64,000 bases of DNA, taken from contig OY970342.1 of assembly GCA_963717505.1 (NCBI GenBank), positions 2,656,001-2,720,000 of the forward strand, read 5' to 3'. This stretch comes from Candidatus Eiseniibacteriota bacterium (GTDB taxonomy: Bacteria; Eisenbacteria; RBG-16-71-46). The notes below the pieces were generated by a model. The model saw nothing but the letters and a program-made list of their open reading frames with translations. It had not been told where the DNA came from and searched no databases. Made by a program: the position numbers and the translations under genes. This document shows positions 13,539-22,265 of the stretch, piece after piece. How positions within the stretch are numbered: the stretch's first letter is position 1; each line of letters starts with the position of its first letter.

Positions 13539-13979
13539 GTGAAGATCGTTCAAGCTGCTCTCGGTGTACTCCTTTTGCTTGCTCTACCGGGTTGCGAGAA
13601 GGGCGACACGGGACCCATGGGGCCGGCTGGACCTCCCGGGCCACCGGGCCCCAGCGTGATTCTTGGCTATGCATCCGTGTCCTCAGGAGGCGCCGATCCC
13701 ACTCCCTTTGTGGGCAACTGGGGTGGGCCATCGATCACCAAGGTGACGTGCGAGAGGACCGCGCCCGGGAACTACGTCGTGCACTTCACGGGGGCAGGTT
13801 TCCTCAACGAAACGTACACTGCAATCAGCACGTCGACGACCAATGCCTCCGGCCATGAGGTCTATGGATTCGCCTTCTTCGCTTCGGACACGACCTTCGA
13901 CGCGAATGTGAACGTGTGGGAAGCAGGCAGGACAGGCGTGACCGTCGACGGGAGCTTCTCGCTGGTCGTGCTCAAGTAG
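13539..13979 (+). CDS. Small lipoprotein with a short collagen-like (Gly-X-Y) segment
   Basis: GGAGGAG RBS, GTG start, lipobox LPGC, GDTGPMGPAGPPGPPGP, then a beta-rich domain. Confidence 0.75.
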   Translation: MKIVQAALGVLLLLALPGCEKGDTGPMGPAGPPGPPGPSVILGYASVSSGGADPTPFVGNWGGPSITKVTCERTAPGNYVVHFTGAGFLNETYTAISTSTTNASGHEVYGFAFFASDTTFDANVNVWEAGRTGVTVDGSFSLVVLK

Positions 13980-14094
13980 TCAGGGGAGATCCTCACTACA
14001 AGGTCAGAGCGCGACGCGGTAGACGTGAGTCGCGCGAATGCTTGTTCCGTTTCGGAGTAGGCCCCCGAAATACCGGCCCCGGAGTCGGAAGAGC

Positions 14095-14109
14095 CAACGT
14101 GGTAGCGCT
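14095..14109 (-). repeat. Inverted copy of the tRNA-Glu 3' end and flank
   Basis: Reverse complement AGCGCTACCA-CGTTG versus AGCGCTACCAACGTTG at 13261-13276 (one-base gap). Confidence 0.6.
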
Positions 14110-14178
14110 GGAGGCTACGCGCTGACCCGTGCACCTAGTCATGCGGCGAGTGCGTGACGGAGAGCATCCATCTCGCGG

Positions 14179-14226
14179 AGCCATGAGGCGATCGGGTTCG
14201 TCCCCGCTCCCCGAAGGGCTACCAAC
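14179..14226 (+). repeat. Degenerate copy of the tRNA-Glu 3' half (att relic)
   Basis: AGCCAT..GGGTTCG..TCCCCGAAGGGCTACCAAC; the last 19 nt match TCCCCGTAGCGCTACCAAC at 17/19. Confidence 0.65.
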
Positions 14227-14860
14227 TTGGTGATCGGCGCGCGACTGGCGGCCGGCCGCTACGACCCGCCCGACGACCGCTCCTGACGACCAGCAGCGCG
14301 CCGGCTCCGGTCGGCGCGAGCGCCTCCGTGACGCGCTCGTCGGCGCTGACCAACTCGCGCAACGGGGCCACCTGGTCGGCGTGCGAGAGTACGTTATCGA
14401 CGACCAGCAGTCCGCCGGGTGCGAGCACGCGGACGAGGTCAGCCCAGTAGCCCGCGTAGGCCGGCCGCTCTGCGTCGAGAAAAATTAGCCCCCACTCGTC
14501 GTCAGCGGAGGCGGCTAGCGTTCGCGCCGCGTCGTCGGTGCGCAGCTGGGCATGGCCGTCCAGACCCGCGGCGGCGAGGTTTTCCCGCGCCTGCCGCGTG
14601 CGTGCAGGGTCGATCTCGACGGACACGAGCACTGAGCCAACGGCCCTGGCGGCATCGGCGAGCCACACAGTGGAGTAGCCGTTCGACGTGCCGAGCTCGA
14701 GAATCCGGTCAGGTTGCAGGGAGCGCACGAGCACGGCGAGCAGCGCCGCCGTGTCGGGCTCGACGTTACGCAGGCGGTCGAGCCGGTCCTCCTTCGCCGC
14801 ATCGTGGTCGCGCCCGTGGCGATAGAGGTCGCCGAGGAAACGCTGAAGCTGCGTGTCCAT
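14219..14860 (-). CDS. SAM-dependent O-methyltransferase (YrrM/CCoAOMT-like)
   Basis: ILELGTSNGYSTVWLA, VSVEID, IFLDAERPAY and PGGLLVVDNV. Confidence 0.88.
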   Translation of the reverse strand: MDTQLQRFLGDLYRHGRDHDAAKEDRLDRLRNVEPDTAALLAVLVRSLQPDRILELGTSNGYSTVWLADAARAVGSVLVSVEIDPARTRQARENLAAAGLDGHAQLRTDDAARTLAASADDEWGLIFLDAERPAYAGYWADLVRVLAPGGLLVVDNVLSHADQVAPLRELVSADERVTEALAPTGAGALLVVRSGRRAGRSGRPPVARRSPSW

Positions 14861-14905
14861 CCGTCCCTCCGAGTCAGTTGCCCAGGTTGTTGTCAGCCAG
14901 GTTGG

Positions 14906-15718
14906 CTAATGCGGCGCCGCCAACCGCGCCTCGTCCAATCTGCCCGGAAAGTAGGCAACATTGTGGAAGGCCTCGCGAGCAAGAGCCTCCGCCACGTATC
15001 GCGCCGTGGCAGCATCAGGCCCCAGAACGATGACGCGTGTGTTGTGGTCTTCCATGGGCAGCCGCCCATCGTCCTTGGCTCGCTTGAGCTCCCCGACATC
15101 CTTCCCCTCGAGCACCAGGCTGCGCGGGATGTTGCGCGCCCCCGATATCGTCCCCTTATTGAACTCGTCCGCCTCCCGCACGTCGAGAAGAACTGCGGTG
15201 CGGTCTTGGGCCAGGACATACCGGAGTCCCGCAGAATCGATCTCGCATACGCCACCGAGCGCCCGCCACACGGGTATGCCAAGTTGGTACCGTCTCACGT
15301 TGGTGAATCCAGCACCGAGAAGCTCCTCCGCCAGACGCTTGCTTTTCCCGCAGAACGGCCCGTTGCAGTAGAGCACCAGTGGTGCTGTTTTGTCGCCCTT
15401 GAGGACCCGGCCAATCTCCGCCACGTCCGAGACATACATGGACATCGGGACCCCCGCCTTGGCCGCCACGTTGCGGGCACCTGGAATGTGGCTGACCGCG
15501 TACTCGAGGAAGGGCCGCGTATCCAACACCGTGGCAGTTCCCTCCGCAAGAATGTGACGCAGCTCCTCCGTGGACACTTCTGAAGTGCGCTGGTTGGATT
15601 CGCCAAGCACCGCCTGATGAATGGTCTTCGCTTCTTCGGCGTGCGCTGTGAGCGCGACGGCCGCCAGCAAGGCGACCACGCGAGTCGTTAGTTTCAAGCC
15701 CGATCCCGGGTTGCTCAT
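14906..15718 (-). CDS. Exported tandem rhodanese-like domain protein
   Basis: AAGGAGGAG RBS and ATG at 15718, signal peptide, LDTRPFLEYAVSHIPGARNV, LYCNGPFCGKS. The second domain (LDVREADEF..GTISGARNIP) has no evident active-site Cys. Confidence 0.82.
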   Translation of the reverse strand: MSNPGSGLKLTTRVVALLAAVALTAHAEEAKTIHQAVLGESNQRTSEVSTEELRHILAEGTATVLDTRPFLEYAVSHIPGARNVAAKAGVPMSMYVSDVAEIGRVLKGDKTAPLVLYCNGPFCGKSKRLAEELLGAGFTNVRRYQLGIPVWRALGGVCEIDSAGLRYVLAQDRTAVLLDVREADEFNKGTISGARNIPRSLVLEGKDVGELKRAKDDGRLPMEDHNTRVIVLGPDAATARYVAEALAREAFHNVAYFPGRLDEARLAAPH

Positions 15719-15789
15719 ACGCTCCTCCTTGTCCTGATGGCCGACCGACAAAGAACGGCTGATGCCCGAGGCGCACGGCCTCGGTCTTC

Positions 15790-17688
15790 TTAAGGGGACG
15801 GGTCCAACCGCGAGGGACTCATGAACAGGTCGTCCCACAAGTGAACGCCCAGCACCGCAAGCAGGGACAACGCGTGATTTGCCGTGCGGGCGCGGTGTTG
15901 TTCGAATATCGCCGTGACGAACGGTGGGTCGAAATAACCGCGCCGCCGAACCTCCTCTGCGGAGAGTAGATCAGCCACGAACTCGGGTGGGTTGCGCAGC
16001 CACTGACTGTAAGGGATGGACAAGGGGTGCTTGGTGCGCCACAGGATTTCCGGCGGCAGGTCGTTGCGCAGGGCGTGCCGGAGGATGAACTTCTCCTGGC
16101 GCCCACGCATCTTGAGGGCAGGCGGAATTTGCGCGCACATTTCCACTAGCTCGTGATCGAGAAATGGCACGCGCACCTCGAGGCTGTGAGCCATGGACAT
16201 CGAATCGAGGTACCGGTTGATGAAATTGGGCAAGCGGATGCGAGTCTCGACATAGAGGAGCTGCGAGAAGGGGTGCCACCGCTTGAAGCTGTCGGGGAGC
16301 GTCAGCATGTCATCGCCATCCACCTGTGTCGCCAAAGTCTCCCGCAATTCGCCTGACAACAGGCGCGCATCGAAACCCAAGTTCGTCGTGTCGATCATCT
16401 GCCGGTAGCGCGCCAGGTTCAGGTCGGCGGGGCCGTTCAGGATGCGAGCCGCCCGCGGCCACCGCTGCCTGACCATCGGAACCCGGCTCAGCCATGAGCG
16501 GATGCCGGGCGGAAGCCGGGTCAAGAAGTGCAGCAACTCGTGATTCCGGAACCAAGCGTAGCCGCCGAACAATTCGTCGGAGCCTTCGCCGCTCAGCACG
16601 ACCTTGACGTGGCGCGCGCTCAGCTCGGCGAGAATCGACCGCGCGATCGCGAAGCCGACCGCCTGCGGATCCTCGCCGTGCCAAACCGCGAAGCGAACTC
16701 GCTCGAAGTCTCGCGTCGTGCACTCCACGCGGTGATCGACGAGTCGGTACTTCGGGAAGTCGCTCAGGATGCGATTCTGACGGAGCTCATCGAACCGAGG
16801 GTTCTCGAACCCGAGGCTGAACGTGTGAACAGGTTGGGCCGTGGCGTCGCGCATCAGGCTTACGACCACACTCGAGTCGATGCCGGCGCTGAGCCAGGCG
16901 CCGACCGGGACGTCGCTGCGCAGGTGGAGGCGCACCGATTCCTCGAGCTTGTCGCGGAGCCGAGCCGCCCACTCGTCAGCGTTCAAGTGCGGCGCGCCGT
17001 CTCTCGCATCCGGGAAACTCAGGTCCCAGTACCGGTGAGTCGAAAAGGATCCAGGCTCGTATAGAACATAGTGGCCGGGCAGGACCTGACGGATCGAGGC
17101 AAACAGGGTGCGAGGCGCGAGGACGAAGCTGAACGTCATGAGATCGCGGAGCGCCGAGGGATCGAGCCGACGCTCCACACGATCGGAGGTCAGAATGGCC
17201 TTGAGCTCAGAGCCGAAGTACAGCCCTTCCGGGGTTTCGGCGTAGCAAAGGGGCTTGATGCCGAACCGGTCGCGCGCGAGCAGGAGGCGACGGCGGCGAG
17301 CGTCCCACAGAGCGAATCCGAACATGCCGCGAAGGCGAGTGAGGCAGTCGAGGCCGTGCTGCTCGTAGAGGTGGACGATGACTTCGATGTCGGAGCCGGT
17401 GCGAAACCGGTGGCCGGTGGATTCTAGTTCTGCGCGCAGCTCCTTGAAGTTGTAGATCTCTCCATTGCCCACCACCGTGACGGTATCGTCCTCATTGGAG
17501 ATCGGCTGATCGCCGGTCTCGAGGTCGATGATGCTCAGGCGGCGGATGCCCAAGCCGACGCCGGCCCCGACGTGAAAGCCCTCGCTGTCCGGGCCGCGGT
17601 GGCGCAGACTGTCGGTCATGCGCCGGAGCATGCTCTGGTCGACCGGACGCGCTGGATCGGAGTAGACGACGCCGCAAATCCCGCACAT
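15790..17688 (-). CDS. asnB: Asparagine synthase (glutamine-hydrolysing) family amidotransferase
   Basis: MCGICG Ntn terminus, HRGPD, NGEIYN, RDRFGIKPL, LSAGIDSS, SGEGSDELFGGY and EVRVPFLD. Confidence 0.9.
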   Translation of the reverse strand: MCGICGVVYSDPARPVDQSMLRRMTDSLRHRGPDSEGFHVGAGVGLGIRRLSIIDLETGDQPISNEDDTVTVVGNGEIYNFKELRAELESTGHRFRTGSDIEVIVHLYEQHGLDCLTRLRGMFGFALWDARRRRLLLARDRFGIKPLCYAETPEGLYFGSELKAILTSDRVERRLDPSALRDLMTFSFVLAPRTLFASIRQVLPGHYVLYEPGSFSTHRYWDLSFPDARDGAPHLNADEWAARLRDKLEESVRLHLRSDVPVGAWLSAGIDSSVVVSLMRDATAQPVHTFSLGFENPRFDELRQNRILSDFPKYRLVDHRVECTTRDFERVRFAVWHGEDPQAVGFAIARSILAELSARHVKVVLSGEGSDELFGGYAWFRNHELLHFLTRLPPGIRSWLSRVPMVRQRWPRAARILNGPADLNLARYRQMIDTTNLGFDARLLSGELRETLATQVDGDDMLTLPDSFKRWHPFSQLLYVETRIRLPNFINRYLDSMSMAHSLEVRVPFLDHELVEMCAQIPPALKMRGRQEKFILRHALRNDLPPEILWRTKHPLSIPYSQWLRNPPEFVADLLSAEEVRRRGYFDPPFVTAIFEQHRARTANHALSLLAVLGVHLWDDLFMSPSRLDPSP

Positions 17689-17714
17689 GGTTCCGCGAGT
17701 CTACACGGCCCACT

Positions 17715-17756
17715 AGCCATTGGGACCGGGACTTGAATCTCCGTAGCGCTACCAAC
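17715..17756 (+). repeat. Degenerate copy of the tRNA-Glu 3' half (attR-like)
   Basis: AGCCATTGGGACCGGGACTTGAATCTCCGTAGCGCTACCAAC aligns to 13232-13272 at about 35/42, with the last 16 nt exact. Confidence 0.88.
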
Positions 17757-18260
17757 TCAGCCGGTCGACTCCTGCCGCCCCTGGAACTGCGGCTCCGAGA
17801 GGAATCGCTCGATCTGCCGCCGGTGGCGGAGCACGTGGACGATGGCATGCTCGAGCGACTGTTCGAGATCGTAGGTCGGCCCCCATGGGGTCTCGATCTT
17901 CACCGCCATGATCTGCTCGTCCGTCATCTCCCAATGGCCTTCGAGCGTCTCGTCCGTGAACGCGAGCATCGCCCGAAGCCGGTCGAGACTCTGTGCCCGT
18001 GACATGGGCAGCACTTCGGGCCGTGTGGTGGGAACCCCGAACGCGTTTCGAATCCTGGTCGCATACCCGTAGCCGGCATTGACCACGTGATGCATCACGG
18101 TCTGGATCGACCGACAGGATTCGTCCTGCGTTTTCAGATCGCGGAGTCGTTCGAAGGCTGCTTCGTCGATGCCCTCGATGACCCGCACCAGATCCGCGGC
18201 CGCCCGCTCGTACTCGTCCATCATCGCGCCGACGCCGCCCTTGCGGTATTTCCTGGTCAT
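17757..18260 (-). CDS. DinB/DUF664 superfamily protein, copy 1
   Basis: SIQTVMHHVV ... EHAIVHVLRHRRQI His-triad pattern; GGAGGA RBS. Confidence 0.8.
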   Translation of the reverse strand: MTRKYRKGGVGAMMDEYERAAADLVRVIEGIDEAAFERLRDLKTQDESCRSIQTVMHHVVNAGYGYATRIRNAFGVPTTRPEVLPMSRAQSLDRLRAMLAFTDETLEGHWEMTDEQIMAVKIETPWGPTYDLEQSLEHAIVHVLRHRRQIERFLSEPQFQGRQESTG

Positions 18261-18313
18261 GGTTTCGAGTCCTCCCTAGAACTCCGAGCGCCGCGGTCCG
18301 TTCGCCGAATCCA

Positions 18314-19299
18314 CTACCAGTAGGCCCCGAACCGAAAGACCACATCCACGGCGGGACCGTTCGGCAGGAGGTCCTGGGTCATTGCGAGGAAAACAGGTGT
18401 GACCGCTCGCAAAGTGGAAGAGAGTGCCCAGGTCCAGGCCGAACTCGTTTGCGTCGAGCTCCGGAATTCCGGAGTCACGATAGTAGGGCGTCGCGAGGAG
18501 GAAGTTCGCGTAGGCGTGCCAGGGTCCGAGGAGCCGGGCACGGGCTCCTTGGGTGAGGAGGCCGAACGTCGTCCGCTGCCACTCGCCCAAATCGCCATTT
18601 CGTGGGGTGTATCCCACTCCGAAAGTTCCCTCGTAAGCGAATCGGCCCTCGGCGCCAAACTCACGGTGGAAGGTGGTCGTGAGATTCGCGGACGGAACGC
18701 CCTTGCGATATCCGGCCGGCTCGGATCCGGTCGGAAGCGTGACCGTGAGAACGCTCTGCCAGTGGCGATGGTGGCGTAACCCAGCGCCGACCCTCAAGTC
18801 CCCGAAGAAGCCCACCGCCTCTTCGTACTCGAAGTCTCCGCCCTTGAAATCGATCTGATAGCCGAAGGAGTTCTCCGGTCGCTTCCTGCGTCCGAGGACG
18901 CTCACTCCAAAGACGTCGTGATATGCGTTCAGGAAGTCGTCGAGTCGGCCGTCGCTCGCGAGGTTCCAGCTCGCTCCGGCCAGCACGAAACCACTCGAAC
19001 CGATTCTTCGAGCGACGAGAGCGCGCGTGGAGAGGATCTCGGCGTCCAGGACGAAGTCCATCGAAGGTGTGGCCGTGTACTCCGCGAGGCTCCCATAGTC
19101 GGTGGTGACCTGGACGTGCCAGACCCTATCTGGGGACGAGCCAGGGAAGGGTCGTGAGACCGGAGCGCATCTCGACGACGGGATTGAGGGGAGAGAGAGG
19201 CGGGAGTCCCTGAGCGGCCAAGGGGCTTCCGGTCGCGAGGACCGCAAGTGAAGCGATCCCTGCGACCCAGCGCGACGTGGTGCTCGTGAGTAGGTGCAA
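18314..19299 (-). pseudogene. Outer-membrane barrel-like protein (DUF3187-like) split by two frameshifts
   Basis: TTG at 19299 gives MHLLTSTTSRWVAGIASLAVLATGSPLAAQGLPPLSPLNPVV. It shifts near 19130 into LDDFLNAYHDVFG...GDLRVG...LTVTLPTG, then near 18400 into DVVFRFGAYW*. Confidence 0.55.
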
Positions 19300-19320
19300 G
19301 TCGACCTTTCGGGTGGAGCG

Positions 19321-19803
19321 CTACTGGAACTGGGGCTCCGACAGAAATCGTTCGATCTGCCGTCGGTGGCGGAGCACGTGGACGATGGCATGCTCGAGCG
19401 ACTGTTCGAGATCGTAGATTGGCCCCCATGGCGTCTCGATTCTCACCGCCATGATCTGCTCGTCGGTCATTTCCCAATGGCCTTCCAGCGTTTCGTCCGT
19501 GAACGCGAGCATCGCCCGAAGCCCGTCGAGACTCTGCGCCCGGGACATGGGTAGCACCTCCGGCCGTGGAGTTGGAACCCCGAACGCGTTTCGAATCCTG
19601 GTCGCATACCCGTAGCCGGCATTGACCACGTGATGCATGACGGTCTGGATCGATCGGCAGGATTCGTCCTGCGTTTTCGGATCGCGCAATCGGACGAATG
19701 CCGCTTCGTCGATGCTTTCGATCACGCGCACCAGCTCCGCGGCCGCCCGCTCGTACTCGTCCATCATCGCGCCCACGCCACCCTTGCGGTATTTCTTGGT
19801 CAT
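19321..19803 (-). CDS. DinB/DUF664 superfamily protein, copy 2
   Basis: Nine substitutions over 160 aa relative to copy 1; identical 17-bp upstream RBS region. Confidence 0.8.
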   Translation of the reverse strand: MTKKYRKGGVGAMMDEYERAAAELVRVIESIDEAAFVRLRDPKTQDESCRSIQTVMHHVVNAGYGYATRIRNAFGVPTPRPEVLPMSRAQSLDGLRAMLAFTDETLEGHWEMTDEQIMAVRIETPWGPIYDLEQSLEHAIVHVLRHRRQIERFLSEPQFQ

Positions 19804-19894
19804 GGTTTCGAGTCCTCCCTGAGGGAAGGTACCCTACCGGTTCTGGGAGGGACTTCGGTTGCGGGGCGACCCGCGTCGTGTTCGGAAAGGCTAC

Positions 19895-21430
19895 CTAGCG
19901 CGTCAGCACGAAGCTCCGTGCGTCGCGATCCGCGCCGGCACTGAGGCGCACGACGTAGGCGCCGGGTGGCAGACGCCGGCCCGATTCGCCGCGGCCATCC
20001 CACTCGACCTCGTGGCGTCCGGCGTCGAACACCCGGTCCACCGGGGTCGCCACGCGCCGCCCGGCGAGGTCGAGCACTTCGAGTCGGGCGGTGACCGAGC
20101 GGGCGCATTCGAACACGAATCGAATCGGGGCCGCTCCCGGATTGGGGCGGGGCGCCAGTAGTCGAACCTCACGCGCTCTCGGGGTCGAGAGTGGCACGTC
20201 GGTCACCGGGCAACCCACTCCAAGGGCTCCGATCAATCCACAGGGATCGGAGGGCGCGCACGGCGACCCCGGCTTCAGCGCGAGGTTGCGATGATCGGAA
20301 TCGCAGAACAGAGGATCTTCGGAGATGTTGCCGTCGATTCCCGTGAGATCGCCGCAGACGCCGCCGTAGTTCGAAGCCCCATTGCCCCATACGTCATTGC
20401 ATCGGACCTGAGCGAACACCTCGGTGCAGAAGATCCCCACTCCGCCGTTGCGCGCGACGATGTTGTTCTCGACGTGGAGCCCGCCGCCGAACGAGATCCC
20501 ACCGGCCTGGGGAGAGAGGATGCTGTTGAACGCGATGGTATTGCCGAGCACCTCCCCCGGACCGAATGCCTCGATCACGAATCCGCCAATGGCGTCGTTG
20601 TCGAAGAAGACGTTGCCGGCGATCGTGACCGCGTTCAGATAGGCATTGCTCTGGATGGCCGCAGCCCCATACGTGCCCCGGTTGCCTACGAACCGGCACT
20701 GTTCCACGAACAGGCCACCACCCCCCGAAATCGCACCGCCGTATCCGCCGCCATTGCCCTCGAACTCGCAATTCCGAACACTGACCCGAACGTCTTCTTC
20801 CGCGGCGATGGCGCCTCCAGATCCGCCCTCGAATCCCGCGGCCACATTGCCGTCGAATCGGCACTTGACCGCAGTCAGCGTTCCGGTTGCGGCCACGTAC
20901 ACCGCGCCGCCAGAGCAAAAATCGAAGGTGCCGCTGGTCGCGGAATTCTGCGCGAAGGTGCTGCTCTCGATCGTGGCGCTGCACAGCGGGTCGACGCGTA
21001 GCGCCCCACCGGAGCTGGAACCGGAATCGACGCGTGCCACGTTGTTGAAGAACCGGCAGCTGCGGATGGTGACTCCGGCGCCATCGCGAAGGTAGAGGGC
21101 GGCCCCGGTGGTCGCCCGCCCCGACCGAAACACCAGCCTCTCGAGCACGGTGGCCGACGTCACCCCGGCGCCGATTTCGAGGATGCGCGCGTTCGACGTG
21201 AGCACGGCAGCGTAGTTCTCACCCCGGATCGTGACATCCTTGCCGGCGAGGCTCAGCGATTCGTTGTAGGTGCCGTCGCGGATCAGGATCTCATCTCCGC
21301 TCGCCGCGGCCGTGATGGCGCCCTGGACGGTCGGATAGTCGTCAGGGACGACGAGCGTCGCGGCCGAGGCGCCGCGCACACAGACGAACACGAGTGACAA
21401 GATGGCCGAACGCAGGAGGATCGAGGTCAT
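19895..21430 (-). CDS. Secreted right-handed beta-helix (Pmp-like repeat) protein with FlgD-Ig C-terminal domain
   Basis: Signal peptide, VPDDYPTVQGAI, repeated FxxN...GGA(I/L), GNISEDPLFC; C-terminus PNP...LDLAGRRVAT...WDGRGESGRRLPPGAYVVRL. Confidence 0.85.
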   Translation of the reverse strand: MTSILLRSAILSLVFVCVRGASAATLVVPDDYPTVQGAITAAASGDEILIRDGTYNESLSLAGKDVTIRGENYAAVLTSNARILEIGAGVTSATVLERLVFRSGRATTGAALYLRDGAGVTIRSCRFFNNVARVDSGSSSGGALRVDPLCSATIESSTFAQNSATSGTFDFCSGGAVYVAATGTLTAVKCRFDGNVAAGFEGGSGGAIAAEEDVRVSVRNCEFEGNGGGYGGAISGGGGLFVEQCRFVGNRGTYGAAAIQSNAYLNAVTIAGNVFFDNDAIGGFVIEAFGPGEVLGNTIAFNSILSPQAGGISFGGGLHVENNIVARNGGVGIFCTEVFAQVRCNDVWGNGASNYGGVCGDLTGIDGNISEDPLFCDSDHRNLALKPGSPCAPSDPCGLIGALGVGCPVTDVPLSTPRAREVRLLAPRPNPGAAPIRFVFECARSVTARLEVLDLAGRRVATPVDRVFDAGRHEVEWDGRGESGRRLPPGAYVVRLSAGADRDARSFVLTR

Positions 21431-21574
21431 GGCGGTGCCCCTCGGGAGGTTTCGGCGACGGGATAACTATGATCCGGCGGTACCGAAGGAGCAAGACAAT
21501 TTGAGGTCGGTCTCGACGACGGTTTCGCGTCGGGCGGGAGGCGGTCACTGGGCGCCAGGGAGGCGCGGCGTCGG

Positions 21575-22060
21575 CTAGGGTGCCAGGATCTCGACAGCCA
21601 CCGGCGCCGAAGTGTGAACGTCGGCGCTCTCGGTGAAACCGCCCAGCACGTGATACTCGCCGGGCGGCAGGGGTTCCCCGGCACGAGAGGTTCCATCCCA
21701 CGAGAACCGACTCGTGCCGCTCTCGCCCGCAGCGAAGACAATGGTCCGGGCCTCTGCGGTGCACAACATGGCGTACGGGGCGACGACCGCGTCGTTCCCA
21801 TCTCGGACGACGTACGAGGCAATGCACCCCGAAGCGAAGTGCATCCGGATCGGACGATTCGTCGGGTTCTTGAAGCCGACCTCGACCTGCACGGTCTCGC
21901 CGGCTTGGAATCGGGCGGGCGTGACGATCACCCAGGTGATCATCGCCGCCGGATCCGCGAACCCCGAAGGGGCAACGATGACGCTGAACTGTCCGCCGCA
22001 ACCCGTGAGGAGCACGGGGATCAGTAGGGCGGCCACGCCAATCCGATGAAGGGACTTCAT
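21575..22060 (-). CDS. Lipoprotein with BsuPI-like/Ig-like domain
   Basis: Lipobox LTGC; FKNPTNRPIRMHFASGC...WDGTSRAGEPLPPGEY. Confidence 0.6.
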   Translation of the reverse strand: MKSLHRIGVAALLIPVLLTGCGGQFSVIVAPSGFADPAAMITWVIVTPARFQAGETVQVEVGFKNPTNRPIRMHFASGCIASYVVRDGNDAVVAPYAMLCTAEARTIVFAAGESGTSRFSWDGTSRAGEPLPPGEYHVLGGFTESADVHTSAPVAVEILAP

Positions 22061-22121
22061 ACGGCATCAATCGTACTACCCGCGTCCGTGGGGCCCGAGC
22101 GAAACCTGATACCGTCGGTTC

Positions 22122-22220
22122 TTGACCCGGTGCCTGTAGCCTCCCTAGACTCCGCCGGCGGTTGTCGGGACCACCTAACCTCAACTTCGGACAGGAGTTC
22201 GGCCCCCCGAACGCCGATAA
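22122..22220 (+). promoter_or_regulatory. Candidate promoters of the EPS operon (sigma70-like and sigma28 -10 box)
   Basis: TTGACC-N18-TAGACT at 22122-22151; GCCGATAA at 22213-22220. Confidence 0.4.
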
Positions 22221-22265
22221 CCGTGACTCCGCTCGGCGGATCCCGCGCCGCCGGATGCGGTCCCG

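Larger units (their letters stand above)
13271..22060. mobile_element. tRNA-Glu-anchored accessory island or gene array, no integrase visible
   Basis: Starts at the tRNA 3' end, contains decayed tRNA 3'-end copies, holds unrelated accessory genes, and is visibly less GC-biased in parts. The right boundary is uncertain. Confidence 0.6.

Noticed and set aside
15790-17688. AsnB homologue as a lasso-peptide cyclase
   Set aside because: It retains the MCGI Ntn glutaminase terminus, and there is no precursor, B1/B2 or transporter gene nearby.
13194-17756. Repeats as a CRISPR array or integron attC sites
   Set aside because: The units derive from tRNA, spacing is irregular (0 to 3.5 kb), and there are no cas or intI genes and no evident attC structure.
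19879-19897. GTTCGGAAAGGCTACC as a further tRNA-end relic before the beta-helix gene stop
   Set aside because: The match is too short and gapped to separate from chance.
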